From the NCBI GenBank assembly GCA_965205865.1, contig CBDBHR010000029.1, positions 768,001 to 832,000 of the forward strand: DNA of 64,000 bases, written 5' to 3'. Within the stretch, counting starts at the first letter, position 1; every line of letters begins with the position of its first letter. This DNA is from a bacterium. GTDB lineage: Bacteria; SAR324; NAC60-12. The notes under the pieces were generated by a model. It worked only from the letters and a program-made list of their open reading frames with translations, had not been told where the DNA came from and ran no database searches. Position numbers and translations under genes: made by a program. Shown here one piece after another: positions 49,987-59,583 of the stretch.

Positions 49987-50073
49987 AGCGGTCGCCACAT
50001 ATTGATATGAAACTTTGGAGATGTCAACACTTTTTAAAAAAATATTCGGGACCCTTCAAAAATAGTAAAAAGT

Positions 50074-50181
50074 AGTTGACCGTTTGCCGCCTTCGTTGTC
50101 ATTCCTGCGCAGGCAGGAATCCAGTTGTAGTCACGAAGATGGATCCCCGCATTCGCGAGGATGACAGAGGAACTGTCAACT
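50074..50181. repeat. REP-doublet/MITE-like element
   Basis: GTCATTCCTGCGCAGGCAGGAATCCA ... TGGATCCCCGCATTCGCGAGGATGAC flanked by AGTTGACCGTT / AACTGTCAACT. Confidence 0.75.
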
Positions 50182-50241
50182 GGAAAATGAAAGAAAGGTA
50201 GGTGGATATCGAGGTATAGTGACGAAACGTTAACCACCATT

Positions 50242-50591
50242 TCAGATACCTAAATTGCCTCTTGGGTTCGTTCGGACCTTAATCAATGCTGGCTCACTTT
50301 CGCCATACACGTTCTTGGATCTGACTTCCAATTCATACTCACATCAGATTTTAAACCAACAAAACCGCATCCGGTTATAGGAGTTTCGAATCCAATGCTC
50401 CACTCGCTGGAACCCGCTTCCCTTATACGAACGACATAAGTTATGGGAGGGGAGCATTTCGCTTCTATGCCATCCCCTTCTATTACACCCTTCAGCCCTT
50501 TCAATGCGATAGAGAAAGTTTTAGTCTTTCCATCCCAAGAAACAGGGGGTTTGGTTTGTTTTTTCATCAACCACTGTTGCTTGCTCATCAC
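50242..50591 (-). pseudogene. Frameshifted fibronectin type III-like protein
   Basis: ITYVVRIRE...W...GLKSD, then after a 1-nt shift EYELEVRSKNVYGESEP. Confidence 0.6.
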
Positions 50592-50879
50592 CTATTCCTC
50601 CGGACTTATACCCTTGACTTTAACCATAGACCCCGCATCCGGAGAATTGACCGGTAATTCCAGACGACCTTCCAACCAAGCGACACACTCAGTAATGCCA
50701 GTGATTTTTTCGCCAATATGCCGGACGTCTTCGCGTGTCGCGGATTTTTCGACGAGCTCACTAATGCGACTTTCCAGACGTCGTTCCATTTTTGTCAGCA
50801 TCCAATACCCTTAAACGATAAGAATAACGACTTCCGTCAAATTAGTTTCACGTATTAATTCTGTTATAATTGCATTCAT
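50592..50879 (-). pseudogene. Small TM plus coiled-coil protein interrupted by an in-frame TAA
   Basis: MNAII...VVILIV*GYWMLTKMERRLE...; TAA at 50811-50813. Confidence 0.4.
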
Positions 50880-51116
50880 CTTGTTTGCTATAATCGATCG
50901 CGCGTACGTGTTATGGCGAAAAAACCGACAAAGATCATGGCTACGGCTGGCTAAATACTGTAATTATTTGATTATAAAAGCATTATATTAGCCCTACCGC
51001 GCTAGTCATGCCCAAAGTCAATTTTATTGGTCTACACCGGGCAAAAGGCAAAAAATGATTGCGACCGGTAGTTGCTCAAGCCACCGTTTGAAGTATCAAC
51101 CGTTGGCGCTGGTTGC

Positions 51117-51174
51117 ATAATGAAACTCACCGCCCAGAGGCGCGCAAATGATTTAAAAAAGCGCAGCTAAAAGG
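51117..51174 (-). repeat. Degenerate copy of the 3' end of the 52285-53406 gene
   Basis: ATAATGAAACTC...CGCGCAAATGATTTA.AAAAGCGCAG matches 52360-52415. Confidence 0.8.
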
Positions 51175-51231
51175 AATTTCCCGCCTTCCTGCCGCGTGAG
51201 TTGAGATTATCAATCGGTTTCCCTGGTCATT

Positions 51232-52251
51232 TCAGCGTTTGAGGGTCATTAATACCGGGCAATGGTCGCTCAGTTTTTGCTGATTACGGTCCGCATATTC
51301 CGCATCCTCTTCATATCCCATGCTGATCTTTTTAAATTCCGCGGATATTCCGTTGCGGAGAATCGACTTGTCGACTACCACAAAATCAATGTGTTCATCA
51401 TATCGTTTGGCGTGAGACGGCCAGCATACTTCGTCCTTTCCTTCAGGCCCCTTAACGAATTCCAGACCGCTGGGACTGCCATCATCGAGTTCCTTCCAGA
51501 AGTGCTCCGCTCCGGTGGAATTTGAATCGAGAACATTCATCCTGCGATTGAAGTCGCCTGCGACAATGGTCGCAATTCCCTGCGCAGCCTGCTGTTCAAG
51601 CCAGTTTTCCAGAATCGCATGCTGCGCCACCAAGGTCCTGCAGGCGAAGCGTGAACCGAATTCTTCTTTTGTAACGAGATCTTCGTCCTCTACGGGAAAT
51701 AATGGCCATTGGTGGCAAAACGATTTGAGATGCACCGCAAGCAATTTGACCGGGAGGCCTTCCAACTCGAATTCGACGACCATCGCTGACCGCGTCCTGC
51801 GGTGCTCCGCATTTCCGTTGCGAACGTCGAGGTGCCGAATCGCAAGCGCGTCGAGAGTATAAACCTTGGGAATTTCGGGAAATTTTTCCTTCGAAATAGC
51901 GAATGCGACAAAAATGTCGCGTTGCTCGGGAGGTCGAAATTCCTCGCCCCGCTGGTACTGGTCCGAAACGATCAAATGGTATTTTTCTTCAGGAAAGATC
52001 AAGCGCAGCGCAGTGGGGGAGCCAATTTCCTGCGCGGCCACGATGTCGGCACGCAGACTCCGAGCCACTTGCCGAAGACGCTCGTAATCGCTGGCGTCTC
52101 GTGGGATGGCCCCGTTACGAAGGGGCACCCCGGCCTCATGATGCAGATTCGCGATATTCCAGCTTCCCACTCTCAGCAGTTCTGTTGCGGAGAGAGAGGA
52201 TGGAATCGAAGCGGCAGCTAAAAGGGCAATGCTGAAAGCGAATTTGGGCAT
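51232..52251 (-). CDS. Secreted endonuclease/exonuclease/phosphatase (EEP) family protein
   Basis: Signal peptide, SWNI, AQEI, VHLKS, AGDFN, IDF, SDHCP. Confidence 0.88.
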   Translation of the reverse strand: MPKFAFSIALLAAASIPSSLSATELLRVGSWNIANLHHEAGVPLRNGAIPRDASDYERLRQVARSLRADIVAAQEIGSPTALRLIFPEEKYHLIVSDQYQRGEEFRPPEQRDIFVAFAISKEKFPEIPKVYTLDALAIRHLDVRNGNAEHRRTRSAMVVEFELEGLPVKLLAVHLKSFCHQWPLFPVEDEDLVTKEEFGSRFACRTLVAQHAILENWLEQQAAQGIATIVAGDFNRRMNVLDSNSTGAEHFWKELDDGSPSGLEFVKGPEGKDEVCWPSHAKRYDEHIDFVVVDKSILRNGISAEFKKISMGYEEDAEYADRNQQKLSDHCPVLMTLKR

Positions 52252-52284
52252 GTCGGATCTCCTGTCGGGTTTTTGAGAACGTGG

Positions 52285-53406
52285 TCAGGGTTGATGGTGA
52301 GGAACGCGGCACAAGTGGTGATGGAGGTGCTGAAGGAAGACCCTGTTGTCCAATGCCAGATAATGAAACTCGCCCCCCATACGCGCAAATGATTTACAAA
52401 AGCGCAGGTAATAGGCAGGATGGTCCTTGGGTGGCTCGCCCCGGCTCCAATTCCAATTGCCGGGTTGAATGTCATTGGCAACGATCAGGTAACGTTCCGG
52501 AGGGCGGTTGTCCCGGAGGGTTACATTCCGGGCCATGGCCATGGCTTTCTCGAAAACCATCGGTGCCATCACGGCCGAGCCGATGCAAAAGAAGATCCCG
52601 CCTTCGAGTTGCGTGAGACGTTGGGCGAACGTCAGAAAATCCTGCAGAGCCGCTTGTCCAATGGCTGCTCCGTTGTTGAGCGGGTGGGCATAAATGATAT
52701 CGGCTCCGATTCCAGGGCACACGCTGAAGGGGATCTGCAAGCGATACGCGGCTTCCTGAATACTGTAGCGCTTATAAGGGTGGCAGACCTCCATCCTGCC
52801 GGGAGCAAGCCGGAACTCTTCCAGCGTCCGGGCCAAACCCGCTTTTGCGGGGAATCGCGCGGAAAAAGACCCCTGCCGTATCTCACGGGTCAGTTCCTGC
52901 CGTAACGTTTCCACGGCAGGGAGCTCCAGTTGGTCCTCATGGATCATTTTCCCGACAGCAGCCCCGTATCCCAGTCCTCGAGAGGCACCCAAAATGAGAG
53001 CGAGATTGATAAAAAATCCGGTTTCCTGCCAAATACCGAATTGGCCTTCCTCGAGGTACCGGCGGACGTCTTCTTCGGTTTTCCCTTGAAAGGCCATTTC
53101 CCAGTCATGGATGGACCCGGCGCCGTTGGTCAGCAGGTGCTGAAGATAGCCGGCCTCCATCAATTCAATGATCAAAGGCGCCAGCCCGTTCTTGAACAGA
53201 TGCGCTCCATAAGCCATAATGATGGGAGCTCCTTTTTTTTTCGACGCTTTCATCTTTTCCGTCAATTGCTCGATGAATTGGGCCTCTTTTGTGGCAAGCG
53301 GAGGGAGTGGGGTTTCCCTGTCGATCATGATGCCGGTATCGGATTTGGATTGCCGAGAAGCCAAAGGTTTGATATTCAGACGACTTCTATCGAATTTTTC
53401 ATGCAT
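52285..53406 (-). CDS. Deoxyhypusine-synthase-like fold protein of unknown function
   Basis: GAHLFKNGL, TNGAGSIHDWE, IGADIIYAHP, GSAVMAPMVFEKA. Confidence 0.6.
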   Translation of the reverse strand: MHEKFDRSRLNIKPLASRQSKSDTGIMIDRETPLPPLATKEAQFIEQLTEKMKASKKKGAPIIMAYGAHLFKNGLAPLIIELMEAGYLQHLLTNGAGSIHDWEMAFQGKTEEDVRRYLEEGQFGIWQETGFFINLALILGASRGLGYGAAVGKMIHEDQLELPAVETLRQELTREIRQGSFSARFPAKAGLARTLEEFRLAPGRMEVCHPYKRYSIQEAAYRLQIPFSVCPGIGADIIYAHPLNNGAAIGQAALQDFLTFAQRLTQLEGGIFFCIGSAVMAPMVFEKAMAMARNVTLRDNRPPERYLIVANDIQPGNWNWSRGEPPKDHPAYYLRFCKSFARMGGEFHYLALDNRVFLQHLHHHLCRVPHHQP

Positions 53407-53543
53407 ACGAGCAAGCAGACAGGGGAACCTGGAGAATTAATAATCTTCACAAGGAAAAGACTCTGTCGAACAATGACGTGGATGCCTACTGTAGCCCAAG
53501 CAGGGCCAAGTTGAAACGATTTTTCTAATCCGGGAAAAAAATC

Positions 53544-54125
53544 ATGGTGCTTTCCGACGTTGAACTGAAGAAACTGATCGAAGACGGCTATTTACCGACA
53601 GGCTTGCACGTGGGGCCTTCGAGTGTCGATCTCACTTTGTCCGATTCTTTCTGTTGGCCGGATCCCAAGGAAAACAGGATCGTGCTGGGAGAACCCGTTC
53701 ATTACCAGCAGGCGCAATCCGATACTTTCACCCTCGCCGCCAATCGTTTTGTATTGGCAAGCACTGCCGAAATCATTCGGGTGCCGGATGATATGGCGGC
53801 CTACGTGGAGGGACGCTCCAGCATTGGGCGCTTGGGATTGCAAATCCAAAATGCCAGCTTCATCGATGGCGGTTTTTATGGCAAAATCACCCTGGAGTTG
53901 GAAAACCAGTCGTGTTTCCCCATTGAATTGCGGGCGGGGATTCGCATTTGCCAGATCGTGTTCTTCAGAATGACCACGGCGGCTGAAAATCCCTATCGTG
54001 GCAAATACAACGGACAGGATGGCGCCACTCCCAGCCGTTTGGAAGAGGATTTTGAAAGGAAGCCCGATTCCAGCGCCAAAATGAAGAGAGGAAGAGTGGA
54101 TAACTTGCAAAATCGAGAAGAGTGA
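53544..54125 (+). CDS. dcd: dCTP deaminase
   Basis: LSD, PSSVDL, EGRSSIGRLGL, IDGGFYGKITLEL, ICQIVF, PYRGKY. Confidence 0.92.
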   Translation: MVLSDVELKKLIEDGYLPTGLHVGPSSVDLTLSDSFCWPDPKENRIVLGEPVHYQQAQSDTFTLAANRFVLASTAEIIRVPDDMAAYVEGRSSIGRLGLQIQNASFIDGGFYGKITLELENQSCFPIELRAGIRICQIVFFRMTTAAENPYRGKYNGQDGATPSRLEEDFERKPDSSAKMKRGRVDNLQNREE

Positions 54126-55171
54126 TGAGAGCTCGATTCCGTACTGATCTTCACGTCATCGCCGTCTCCTCCATTTCAATAGAGGAACTCTGGGGAGGTC
54201 GCAATCAATTCCAATTGATCGACGTGCGCACGCCGGATGAATTTGCGGCAGGCACCATTCCCGGCGCGATCAACGCGCCCTTATTATCGCAGGCGGATCA
54301 TCGTCAGATCGGTACGCTCTATCGAGCCTTCGGCCAGGAAAAAGCTCTTGCCGCCGGCTATGATCAACTACGTGAGAAATGGCCGGAATTCCTGGATACT
54401 CTACTAAAAACCCCCACCACTCGTCCGCTAACGATTTTTTGCGCTCGAGGCGGGATGCGCTCACGAATCATTGCTAATATCTTTGCCCTGCTCAACTATC
54501 ACAACCTTGTCTTGGAAGGCGGTTACAAACGTTTCAGAAACTGGAATCTGGCCCGATTGGAGCATCTCACCTTTCCAACCCCCCTTTATGTTCTGGATGG
54601 TTTGACAGGCGTAGGAAAAACCAGAATTCTTCAAAAACTGAAAAACTGCATCGATCTGGAAGAACTGGCGCAGCATCGCAGTTCGGTTTTTGGAGACATT
54701 GGCAAAAAGCCCGTCTCCAGCAAATCATTCGAAGCGCGTTTGTTGGAAGCATGGGATGGTCTGGAGCGGGATGCTCCCCTGTTTCTTGAAGGCGAGAGCC
54801 GTAAGATCGGAAATGTCACCATTCCACGCCTTTTGTTTGAAAAAATGAAATCCGGCAGGCGTATCTTGCTGACGGCTTCCCTTGAAACACGGGTGAAACG
54901 GATCTCCAAAGACTATCTTCCCAAGACTGCGAAGGAACGCCATCAGTTGATCGGCAAAACGATCAGTCTGACTCCTTTGTTGGGAAAAAAAACGGTCACC
55001 GACCTGGTCGCCTGGTTGGAGAAGGAGTGGTATCAGGAATTCTTCAAATTCATGCTGGAAGAGTATTATGACAAAAAATACGCAAACAGCGCGAAGGGCT
55101 ATACCTACCACGCGGTCATTGACGCCGAAGACCTGGAGCTCGCGACAAAGAACGTTATGCGACTATTATGA
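54122..55171 (+). CDS. selU: tRNA 2-selenouridine synthase
   Basis: Rhodanese domain (IDVRTPDEF, FCARGGMRS) plus P-loop GLTGVGKT, EGESRKIG, YYD. Confidence 0.9.
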   Translation: MMRARFRTDLHVIAVSSISIEELWGGRNQFQLIDVRTPDEFAAGTIPGAINAPLLSQADHRQIGTLYRAFGQEKALAAGYDQLREKWPEFLDTLLKTPTTRPLTIFCARGGMRSRIIANIFALLNYHNLVLEGGYKRFRNWNLARLEHLTFPTPLYVLDGLTGVGKTRILQKLKNCIDLEELAQHRSSVFGDIGKKPVSSKSFEARLLEAWDGLERDAPLFLEGESRKIGNVTIPRLLFEKMKSGRRILLTASLETRVKRISKDYLPKTAKERHQLIGKTISLTPLLGKKTVTDLVAWLEKEWYQEFFKFMLEEYYDKKYANSAKGYTYHAVIDAEDLELATKNVMRLL

Positions 55172-55227
55172 GCCTCGATTCGAGGTCTGCTTGCAGAAGG
55201 AAATTTTCGACTCGGAGATGGTATGAA

Positions 55228-55467
55228 ATGGTATTGGATTATACTTTGATAATTGAAGAAGAAGAGGCGGGGCGCTTCCGTTTTTCTTCGCCGGATCTGG
55301 CAGGGTTTCAAGGCAAGGGATTTTCACTGGAAGACTGCCTGCAACAAGCTCCCATGGCTATCGAGGAGCATTTGGCGCACCTCGAGGCCCTCAACTGTCC
55401 GATTCCCTCCAAATCCTCGGATCCTCAGATCATTTTCCGGGGAGAAACCTGGCAATCCCTTGCTTGA
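55228..55467 (+). CDS. HicB-like antitoxin-fold protein (orphan)
   Basis: YTLIIE, PDLAG, G.SLEDC, AIEEHL..L....PIP. Confidence 0.65.
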   Translation: MVLDYTLIIEEEEAGRFRFSSPDLAGFQGKGFSLEDCLQQAPMAIEEHLAHLEALNCPIPSKSSDPQIIFRGETWQSLA

Positions 55468-55476
55468 AATTGAAAT

Positions 55477-58400
55477 TCAAATTACCGGAACCGTGGCTTT
55501 CCGGGTTGTTGCGGAAGCGGTACCGGTGGCATGGTAACGTTTTATTTTCTCTTCCGCTTCTTTTCGGGTTTTGCGGATATTTTCCATTTTGATCTCTTCA
55601 TAACCACGAACGTTGTCGGGAAGTGAAGCAATGACAACGGCGTTTTGCAGCGTCTCTCCCGTCAGGCCGGAAAGGAGCTCTCGCACCAGGTTTTCATACC
55701 ATGGAATCAATGCGGCTTCCGCCCTCCGTACGTTTGCGCGGGCAAACGGGTCCCATGGCGTACTACGAAGAACCTTGAAGCAGGCCAGTCCTTTCAAGAA
55801 AGGAAAGACCCAAGGCCCCATGGTCAGCTTATTTTTCAATCCCCACTTGCGCAACATCGGGGGATGGAGGTGGATAGAAACTTTGACTTGGCCTTGATAA
55901 GCATTTTTTGCGTTTTCCACGGCGGGATTCTGAGTCCACAAACGGGCCACTTCATATTCATCTTTATATGCCATCAGTTTGAAGAGCCATTTGGCTACCG
56001 TGGTGGTGAGAAGCACGTCTTCAGACTCGTCTGCCATCGTGGAAACTCGAGTTGTTTCTGACTGGTGGACTTGTTCGATGAAATTCAAGTATCGTTTCGC
56101 ATAGTTTGTATTCTGAAAGAGGATCAAGTCGGAGACGCGAGGATAAAGGACCTCATGCAAAGCGCTATTTCCAGGAAACCGCGCAGCCAGTGATTCCATG
56201 GCAGCTACCTGTTGCGGGTCGAATTTTTTCAATTTCACCAGCGCCGTTTCTTTGCAAGATTCGGGTTTCATCCTATCCTCAAAGAGCACCGCTTTGGCAT
56301 TTTCAGGGTCCGTCGCGTATTTCCTGCCCCAGCGGAATGCATTGATATTTCGCTCCACCGCAACTCCATTGCCTGCTATGGCAGCTTCGATATAAGGAGC
56401 GTCGACAGGAAGCACCCCCTGTTGGTAAGCGACTCCGAGCATGAAAATGTTGTTGGACTGCTCCGTTGCAAAAAGAGTCTCGGAAAACTGGTTGGCGTCT
56501 ACATAATGATTCCGGTCGGCTTTCGTGCGCCGGTTCAATTGATGTCGCAAAAACGAATGTTTGGGAAACGGCGTTCTCGTGTCCGTGATGGTCAAGGCCG
56601 TATCGGTTTGATGCGAGTTGACGATCGCGGCGCTGCGAGCGGCATCGAGACGGTCCAGATTGTCCGGAGAAACGGAGGCAAGAAAATCGAATGCCAGCAG
56701 CAGGTCGGTTTGTCCGGAAGGGATACGAAAAGATGATTCATAAGGCCGGTCACAGATGCTGATATTGGAAGTCACCGCCCCTCCTTTTTGAGCGAGTCCT
56801 GTTTGATCGAGCTGAGCTGCGTATTTTCCTTGCAAGTGGGCGGCTGCCACCAGAATCGCGCTGGCGGTCACTACTCCGGTTCCTCCTATTCCCACCATCA
56901 GGATGCGGTAGGGTGTTTGGCAATCGACCTTTTTTACAGGCGCTGGCAGCGTATCGATTTCTACTTTTTGAAAGTGACTCGGTTTGGTGATGCGATCAGC
57001 GCCTTCCTCCAGTTCCACTGTCATAAAAGACGGGCAATCTCCTTTCAAACAGGAATAATCAAAATTGCAGGAGGACTGGTGGATTTGAGTCTTCCGTCCA
57101 TATTCCGTCTGCGCCGGAATCACGGAAAGACAATTGGATTTCACGCCGCAATCGCCACATCCTTCGCAGACGGCTTCATTGATCAAAACGCGTTTGCGGG
57201 GAATTTCCAGTACGCCGCGTTTCCGATCCCGCCGTTTTTCGGCAGCGCATTGTTGGTCATAAATCAGGACGCTGACGCCTTTGACGTCTTTCATTCCCTC
57301 AACGACGCGGGGATATTGCGCTTTAGGAACGACGTCGATTTTCTTGCTGATTCGTTTTTGGGGGTATTTTTCAGGAAGTTCCGTAACAATAGTGATTTTC
57401 CGCACCCCTTCCCATTCGAGTTTTCGTGCCAAAGACGTCGTATCCAACCCGCCCGAGACTTTTTGACCACCGGTCATTGCCACCGCCGAATTGTAAAGGA
57501 TTTTGAATGTGATATTCACACCGGCATTGATACAGGCTTCAATAGATTTGCTGCCCGAATGAAAATACGTGCCATCCCCGATGTTTTGGAAAAAATGTTC
57601 TTTTCCGGTGAAATGGGAAAGGCCAATCCAGTTGGCCCCTTCTCCTCCCATGTGGGTGATGAACTCGAGCCCCCGTCCCATCCACATGGCCATGGCGTGG
57701 CAGCCTATGCCGGCGCCTCCTATTTCGCCTTCAGGATTGACTGTCGAGGTACTGTGCGGACAGCCACTACAGAAATAAGGAATTCTGGGCATGACTTCTT
57801 CGTAGACGCGGGATTGGATTTCCACCATTCCGGCAGCTCTGGCAGGTAAATCCATGCCGGGAAAGCTATCGGCTAAAAAGCGAGCCAAAACCATCACGAT
57901 TTCACTGACTTTAAGTTCACTCTGCGCATGGAACATGATTTGACCCCGACGATCTTTCTTACCGTAAATGCGGGGAGGATGCGGAAGAGAATACAATTCA
58001 TTGCGTATCAGCATCTCGGTAAATCCTCGTTTTTCCTCAACGAGGACAACCTCTTCCAGACCATCTGCGAATTCCCGCAAACGTTTGGGTTCGACGGGGG
58101 CGATCATACCCATTTTATAAAGTCGGACTCCCATTTTCCGCAATGCCTGATCGTCCAAGCCGAGTGAATATAGAGCGTCCTTCAAGTCGTAATAGCTTTT
58201 TCCGAATGAAACGAATCCCATGCGATCGTTGCCGGATCGTACGGTGATTTTGTCGATTTCATTTTCATAAACATAAGCTTTGGCAGCCTCCGACTTGTCA
58301 TAAAAGATCTGCCTTTCCGACTCCAGGCTGGCGTCCCCCACCAATTTCAGCGTTTGAAGTTTTTGGAAAGGTTTGCCGGCGATTTCAAATGCCGGTACGA

Positions 58401-59064
58401 GTTGCAGGGCTTGTTCCGGATAAACCTCGACAATCGAGCCACTGTCTGCCACGTCGGTGACAATCTTGAGTGCCGTCCACAGTCCCGCGTAACGGGAAAG
58501 CCCGACACCTTTCAAGCCCATTTCAAGAAGTTCCTGCTGATTTCCCGGAAAAAGCACGGGTATACCGAGGTCAAATAAACCGGGAGTGTTATCACTGGGG
58601 ATGGTTGAACTCTTACAGGAGGGATCATCGCCTGCGAGGGTCAGTACGGCTCCGTATTTGCTGGTTCCGGTAAAGTTGCCATGACGAAAGGCATCCCCCG
58701 TGCGGTCCACTCCGGGGCCTTTGCCGAACCACATTCCCAAAACCCCGTCAAAGTCGGCATGCGGGAGAAATTCCAACAGTTGGGTGCCATTGAGGGCGGT
58801 TGCCGCTATATCTTCGTTTACTTCCGCGTGAAAATAAATACGATGTTCTTCCAGCAAGGATGAAACCCGTCCAAAATGCGTATCCATGGTTCCCAAAGGT
58901 GATCCCTGGTATCCGCTCACGTAGGTTCCCAGTTTGATACCGTCTTTCGTGTCTTTGCGAGTTTGGTCGATGGGAATGCGCACCAACGCCTGGATTCCGG
59001 ATAAAATGACATTGCCTTCCAGCACCCTGTAGCGGTCCATGAAATTAAATTCAGAAGGTTTCAT
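55477..59064 (-). CDS. Indolepyruvate:ferredoxin oxidoreductase family, fused single-chain form
   Basis: SGIQALVR, FCSGCPH, GIGCH, GDGT, CEGCGDC, GIGGTGV, AYKDEYEVAR. Confidence 0.92.
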   Translation of the reverse strand: MKPSEFNFMDRYRVLEGNVILSGIQALVRIPIDQTRKDTKDGIKLGTYVSGYQGSPLGTMDTHFGRVSSLLEEHRIYFHAEVNEDIAATALNGTQLLEFLPHADFDGVLGMWFGKGPGVDRTGDAFRHGNFTGTSKYGAVLTLAGDDPSCKSSTIPSDNTPGLFDLGIPVLFPGNQQELLEMGLKGVGLSRYAGLWTALKIVTDVADSGSIVEVYPEQALQLVPAFEIAGKPFQKLQTLKLVGDASLESERQIFYDKSEAAKAYVYENEIDKITVRSGNDRMGFVSFGKSYYDLKDALYSLGLDDQALRKMGVRLYKMGMIAPVEPKRLREFADGLEEVVLVEEKRGFTEMLIRNELYSLPHPPRIYGKKDRRGQIMFHAQSELKVSEIVMVLARFLADSFPGMDLPARAAGMVEIQSRVYEEVMPRIPYFCSGCPHSTSTVNPEGEIGGAGIGCHAMAMWMGRGLEFITHMGGEGANWIGLSHFTGKEHFFQNIGDGTYFHSGSKSIEACINAGVNITFKILYNSAVAMTGGQKVSGGLDTTSLARKLEWEGVRKITIVTELPEKYPQKRISKKIDVVPKAQYPRVVEGMKDVKGVSVLIYDQQCAAEKRRDRKRGVLEIPRKRVLINEAVCEGCGDCGVKSNCLSVIPAQTEYGRKTQIHQSSCNFDYSCLKGDCPSFMTVELEEGADRITKPSHFQKVEIDTLPAPVKKVDCQTPYRILMVGIGGTGVVTASAILVAAAHLQGKYAAQLDQTGLAQKGGAVTSNISICDRPYESSFRIPSGQTDLLLAFDFLASVSPDNLDRLDAARSAAIVNSHQTDTALTITDTRTPFPKHSFLRHQLNRRTKADRNHYVDANQFSETLFATEQSNNIFMLGVAYQQGVLPVDAPYIEAAIAGNGVAVERNINAFRWGRKYATDPENAKAVLFEDRMKPESCKETALVKLKKFDPQQVAAMESLAARFPGNSALHEVLYPRVSDLILFQNTNYAKRYLNFIEQVHQSETTRVSTMADESEDVLLTTTVAKWLFKLMAYKDEYEVARLWTQNPAVENAKNAYQGQVKVSIHLHPPMLRKWGLKNKLTMGPWVFPFLKGLACFKVLRSTPWDPFARANVRRAEAALIPWYENLVRELLSGLTGETLQNAVVIASLPDNVRGYEEIKMENIRKTRKEAEEKIKRYHATGTASATTRKATVPVI

Positions 59065-59583
59065 TGTCTCTCTCGATTCAAGTGAACACAATCTGTTGAT
59101 TCGCGCTGCGAAACTGTGGTGACCTTTCTGAAAATTGTTTCACGCAAGATGAATAAAGTCAATCACATCTATCAGCGCGTAATCATATTGTTGCGCAGCA
59201 TCACCGGAGGAACGATATGCCAAAATCGACAATCCCGATGATCAAAACGATCCAAAACGTCGCGCGGATGATATAGGCGGCAAAAAAAAATCAAGAAATT
59301 CCTTCGTAAATTTCTCTTGACACGCCTATTTACGGAGGCTATGATCTTCTGTGATTTTTGATTTTCTTATGTGGTCGTGGGGTGACCGCAAACCGATTCG
59401 TATTGCTGCGAAACGTATCAAGAAGCATCCCGACCCAAAGCGATTGAGAGTGTAAGGCAAGAAAATTTTTTAACATTTCCGCAATCCTCCATTTTCCGGT
59501 GAATCGAGGGGATTTTATATATTCAACTTTTACAAAATAATCCTTGTTTGGTTCCGGCTGTGCCGGGTTAGGGAGGAATAAAA

